Below are positions 60,901 to 64,000 of a stretch of DNA of 64,000 nt, piece after piece (position 1 is the first letter of the stretch; each line of letters starts with the position of its first letter). The stretch is from Alloascoidea hylecoeti. Lineage: Eukaryota. Under the pieces are notes generated by a model. It saw only the letters and a list, made by a program, of their open reading frames with translations. It did not search any database and was not told the origin of the DNA. The stretch lies in assembly GCA_001600815.1 (NCBI GenBank), contig BCKZ01000037.1:1-64000 (forward strand). Direction: 5' to 3'. A program made the position numbers and the translations under genes.

Positions 60901-63749
60901 AATAAAGATTTATAAATAATTTCAGTATTTTCTTTTGAAGGATAAGATTCAGTACATTTAACAACCAATCTTATTAAATAAGCAAAAACTCTACAAAAAG
61001 CTCTACCATTTCTTGATCTATCAGTTGATAAAGTTGAAGCAACATGTTCCATAATTTCTAATAAAGTTGAAGCAACATTTTTTTTTGGCAATCCAATAAA
61101 AGGAGTATTTAAAAAATCTTCCATTATATAACCAAAATATGATTGTCTTATTAAAACAACATCAAACATATGAGTTAAAGCATGAAAATTTGATAGTTTT
61201 ATATCTTCATATTTTGATAATTGATCATCAGACATTATTTCACAATGTGCTTTGATTAAATCTTTGAAATATTTTAAAAATTGTGATAAATCAATATAAG
61301 TTGAAGAATTTAAAACTTTTAATAATTCATTTATACCATTCTTTGTACTAGATGATTGTTTTAATAAATTTTTCCAACCTATTAATTTTTTAACAGTATT
61401 ATCAATATTAAAATTTTTTCCAACATATTCAATTGTTAATTCAATATATGCTATAATACCTTCATTATTTTTACCATAAATTTCAACTTGTTTTTTTTTA
61501 TCAACATTAAATATAGTTTCATTTTTCCATAATAAAAATTTCCCTTGTCCAACATAACTACCTCTTACAAATAAATTAATATAAATTTCTTCACCTTTTT
61601 CAGAGATTTCTTTATTTTTTCTACTTTTTAATAAACCATGAACTCTAATTACTTCACCAATACATTCACCTGCAACAACTGAAACAGTTTCCCAAGTTGC
61701 AGTTGGATTTGCTTGGGTTGCATTGGCAAATTTTGAAAATCCTGTACCTGAAGCAAATTGAACAGTTAAATATTCATTTTTTTCAACAATTGATTTTTGA
61801 ATTTTTAATTGTTCTTGTGCAGCTAATAAAGCAGCCGCAGCAGCGTTTGCAGCTGCTTTATTTTTTTTACTTGAATTTGTTGGTGTTATTTCTGGTGATG
61901 GTAGTATTGGAGGATTCAATATACTTGGATGACCAATTGGTAAAACACTATTAATATTTAAATAAATTTGATCATCTTGATCAATTATTGGTTCATAAAA
62001 TAAAGATCTAATTGATTTAATTGGCATTGTTGTATCTGGTTTGAATTCAGAATCTTCTTTTGCATCTTTTGGAGTTGCAGTGAATTTTTTAACAGAAACA
62101 ATAATTTGTTCAGCTCTTGGATCAAATCCACTATTAACATAAGTTAGTTATCATGATCATGAAAAAATTAGTATGAAGAATACTTACACTCCCTTTGATA
62201 AACCTAAAACAATTCTATCAACTAAATCACCCCAACCTTTATTATCAGGACTTGGATCATTAACACCTAAATAACTTCCGAACATTTTAATAACAAATTC
62301 ATTTTCAGAACCTTCATTTTGTCTAAAAACTCTACAAATATCAGCAACACCAGCAGCAATACCTCTTTTTAAACGTTTTGATTTTGGTTTCTCCTGTATA
62401 CCTTTTTCATTAATTTTAATTTGTAAGTTTTTTGGTAAAACATGAATTTCTTCAGTTAATATAGCAACTAAATAAATTCTATCCTTTTCATATTCACATG
62501 ATGGTATATTTTTAAATAACGCAGCAGAAATATCTTGTACAAAAAAACCTTCAGGATTAATATTAACAGCAAATGATTCAGTTAAAATTTTTTTTTTATT
62601 TCTTAAATGTAAATAAGCAGTTAAACCAATCATTTCTTTTCTATCACCATCAATATTTAATTTTGAATTTTTATTTTGAACATCTTTTACATCAACCAAT
62701 ATATGACATGGTAAATAATTTTTATCTTGTTGTTCAAATTTTAAAACAGATGGATAATTTTGAAATAATGCCATTCTTTCTTGTTGAATTGATATTTTAA
62801 ATGGAGAATCTGAATAATCTAACATTTTACCTTTTCCAATATCAATTGATGGATCTCTTGCAATAATTGGTTTATTTTCATAAGGTAAAGTATTATTTAT
62901 AATTTTAACACCATAATTTAATAACCAAACACATTTTTTTCTTGCAACATCTAATTCATAAATTGTAAATAAATTATGCAATAATTGAGCACCAATTGTT
63001 CTTAGTTCATTTATAATATCAACTAATTTATTAAATGGGGTATATTCGCCATCAAGATAAAATTTATAAACATAATTTTCAGACCAATCTTTAATTGCAG
63101 AACGAATTTCATCAACTAATGGTTCATGAGATAATTTTTTATCATCATCAACTTTTAAACCTGGAATTACAGGTCTATTTGGTTTTTGAAAGTTTTGTAT
63201 TATCATTTGATTTGAATTTGAATGTGGGATTGTATTTGTTGTTGGAGGAAAAGAATCGAATTTTTCATTATCTAATACAGAATTCATAATGGTATCAGTT
63301 GAAGCAGAAGATGATTGATCTGATATAGTTGCATTTGATACAGTTGAAGCATGTGACTTTGCTTTCAACATGTTTAAATTTGAAGGATCGATCAAAGGTT
63401 TACCAACAGATTCAAAGATATGAACATGATCCAATGGTACAATGGCAAGAGTGATTTTCATCTTTGTACCAACGGATTTCTTTGATTTTGGTTTTTGAGA
63501 GTTTTTGCGAACAGATAAATCAGTTGAAATATCAACAGCAGTTAAAAAGAAAGAAGGAGCTGGTTGGGTTAAAACATAAGCACGACCCCATTTCTTAGTC
63601 GGATCTTCCTCAAAAATATATAGTTCATCGCCAATAGCCAAATCAACAAACAGGGATTCTTTTTGTTGTGGTGCAGCAGGCACATGCCACGGATGGACGA
63701 CCCGGGCGTGGGCCAACAACGGCAGAGGAGTCCACGGGGTGGCGGTCAT
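57906..63749 (-). CDS. DCK1: DOCK180-family Rho GEF Dck1; exons 63749-62188 and 62130-57906
   Basis: SH3-like N-terminus (DLAIGDELYIFEE..KWGRAY), DHR2 motifs YFRVAYIGTGFPRSLRNKQYIFEG and LTGTIDSPVNGGVQQY; 57-nt intron 62131-62187 (GTAAGT...CTAAC...TAG) gives SKGVGFDPRAEQ. Confidence 0.92.
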
Positions 63750-64000
63750 TACAAAAGCGAAGTTGTGTGTGTGTGAATTGAGATGGTGAAGAAGAGAAAA
63801 GGAGGAGGAAAGATATAAAGGTAAAAGCATTGTAAGGCGGGAAAGATCCACAGTCACGTGGGGATGCATGGGGATGTTTGGGGTCTTCTGCATTACCGAG
63901 TGAAGGCAACTACATCTACTTGCAGTTTGACACTTTGATCAAGAAGTTTGCCGAATTGTTACTACACCTCAGAATGTGTAGGTGGAAGAATCCCAACATC

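Noticed and set aside
63750..63893. Upstream ATG extension of the DCK1 ORF
   Set aside because: It runs through promoter-like sequence (E-box, TG repeat); the likely N-terminus begins at MTATPWTPLP (63749)
1..64000. tRNA, rRNA, CRISPR arrays, LTR/gag-pol or transposase ORFs
   Set aside because: None recognised by eye; GTTCGA-like words lack a cloverleaf context

Overview
AT-rich budding-yeast (Saccharomycotina) nuclear DNA. It has short spliceosomal introns (GTAAGT/GTATGT...CTAAC/CTAAT...YAG), and one CTG codon at a conserved cyclin-box Leu fits the standard code. A gene-dense core carries RGP1, AVL9, MSD1, SCC3/IRR1, CDC26, NOP9, EDE1, ELC1, GAS3, PHO85, TRM44 and DCK1. Around it are accessory tracts: a decayed three-gene cluster (MDR oxidoreductase, NtaA/DszA-type monooxygenase, DUR3-like transporter) next to a divergent G1 cyclin at 0-9.5 kb, and a mosaic at 40-57.5 kb of orphans, pseudogenes, a DPL1 fragment, a MITE-like element, a long inverted repeat and diverged copies of other parts of this window. 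The recurring theme is local duplication followed by internal deletion (EDE1, ELC1, a RhoGAP, AVL9 3' end plus a neighbouring orphan). Other leads are a Helitron-like 3' terminus bounding part of the mosaic and a candidate ~260-nt structured ncRNA between MSD1 and SCC3. All calls come from reading by eye; no searches were run.
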